Below are positions 63,731-64,000 of a stretch of DNA of 64,000 nucleotides, in pieces (within the stretch, counting starts at the first letter, position 1; every line of letters starts with the position of its first letter). The translations under genes were made by a program, and so were the position numbers. This stretch comes from Thermoanaerobaculia bacterium (lineage in GTDB: Bacteria; Acidobacteriota; Thermoanaerobaculia; Multivoradales; UBA5704). The stretch is from assembly GCA_045807625.1 (NCBI GenBank), contig JBJMHA010000085.1:38831-102830 (forward strand). The letters are read 5' to 3'. The notes under the pieces are model-generated. The model had not been told where the DNA came from. It worked only from the letters and a program-made list of their open reading frames with translations, and made no database searches.

Positions 63731-63880
63731 AAATATTGTTGAAAGCTGTAAAACAATGTTTGGAGGGCTCAAACATTGTTTCTCCGTCCCAAACAATGAA
63801 AAAAGCTCCCGGACATTGTTTTTTCGTCCCAAACATTGTTTGAAGCCACCAAACAATGTTTGAAGCGGCCGAACAATGTT
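63731..63880. repeat. Array of eight AACA(A/T)TGTT palindromic cores at exact 20-bp periodicity (20-bp tandem units), AT-rich in a 70% GC background
   Basis: aatattgtt(63731) aaacaatgtt(63751) aaacattgtt(63771) aaacaatgaa(63791) ggacattgtt(63811) aaacattgtt(63831) aaacaatgtt(63851) gaacaatgtt(63871): same offset in every 20 nt; begins 19 bp upstream of the methyltransferase start codon; a probable divergent gene begins ~63895. Confidence 0.8.
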
Positions 63881-64000
63881 CTAGCCTCTTTCCGTGGAAG
63901 CCGCCGTCGATCTCCTCACATCCTGGGCTCTCGAAGCCGGCTTCGACCGCGCCGGGGTGGCCCGGCTGGAGCCTCTGGAGCATGCAGAAGCCCTGGCGAG

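Overview
High-GC (~70%) bacterial chromosomal segment, possibly Myxococcota- or Acidobacteriota-like. Conserved housekeeping blocks are interrupted by accessory and mobile material; no rRNA gene or CRISPR array was found.

Housekeeping backbone:
- spoVG, tRNA-Gln(UUG), prs, rplY, pth
- rpsF, rpsR, rplI
- class A PBP (mrcA-like), uvrB, uvrC
- RNase P RNA (rnpB), ldcA, recG
- trpS, scpA, scpB, rluB, cmk
- leucine dehydrogenase, bcp

Accessory and unusual features:
- A ~6.6 kb low-GC (~53%) island carries a single 2143-aa ORF. It has an N-terminal nuclease-like region, a STAND-type P-loop NTPase and a ~1600-aa helical C-terminus, an Avs/AVAST-like architecture. This candidate anti-phage gene sits where a parE-like toxin gene appears cut off, leaving an orphan antitoxin.
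- A REP-associated tyrosine transposase (RAYT, IS200-like HuH) gene accompanies its GTAG-headed REP/REPIN palindromes at five or more loci. The RAYT 3' end is duplicated in degenerate form as a direct repeat that brackets a low-GC two-gene cargo.
- A second composite palindromic element built around a GATC-rich palindrome occurs at two convergent-gene junctions. Its palindrome is also inserted in-frame in recG.
- A tandem array of about ten terminator-like mini-hairpins lies downstream of uvrB.
- At the window's end, eight AACA(A/T)TGTT cores sit at exact 20-bp spacing upstream of a SAM methyltransferase gene. Next to that gene are two tandemly duplicated cysteine-rich secreted-peptide genes.
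- An ECF sigma/Ser-Thr kinase pair lies beside a small double-glycine-leader-like peptide ORF and large secreted PKD-domain proteins.
- Several decayed toxin-antitoxin loci are present (parE-like and yoeB-like toxins truncated).

Line-derived coordinates of non-coding elements may be off by 1-2 nt.
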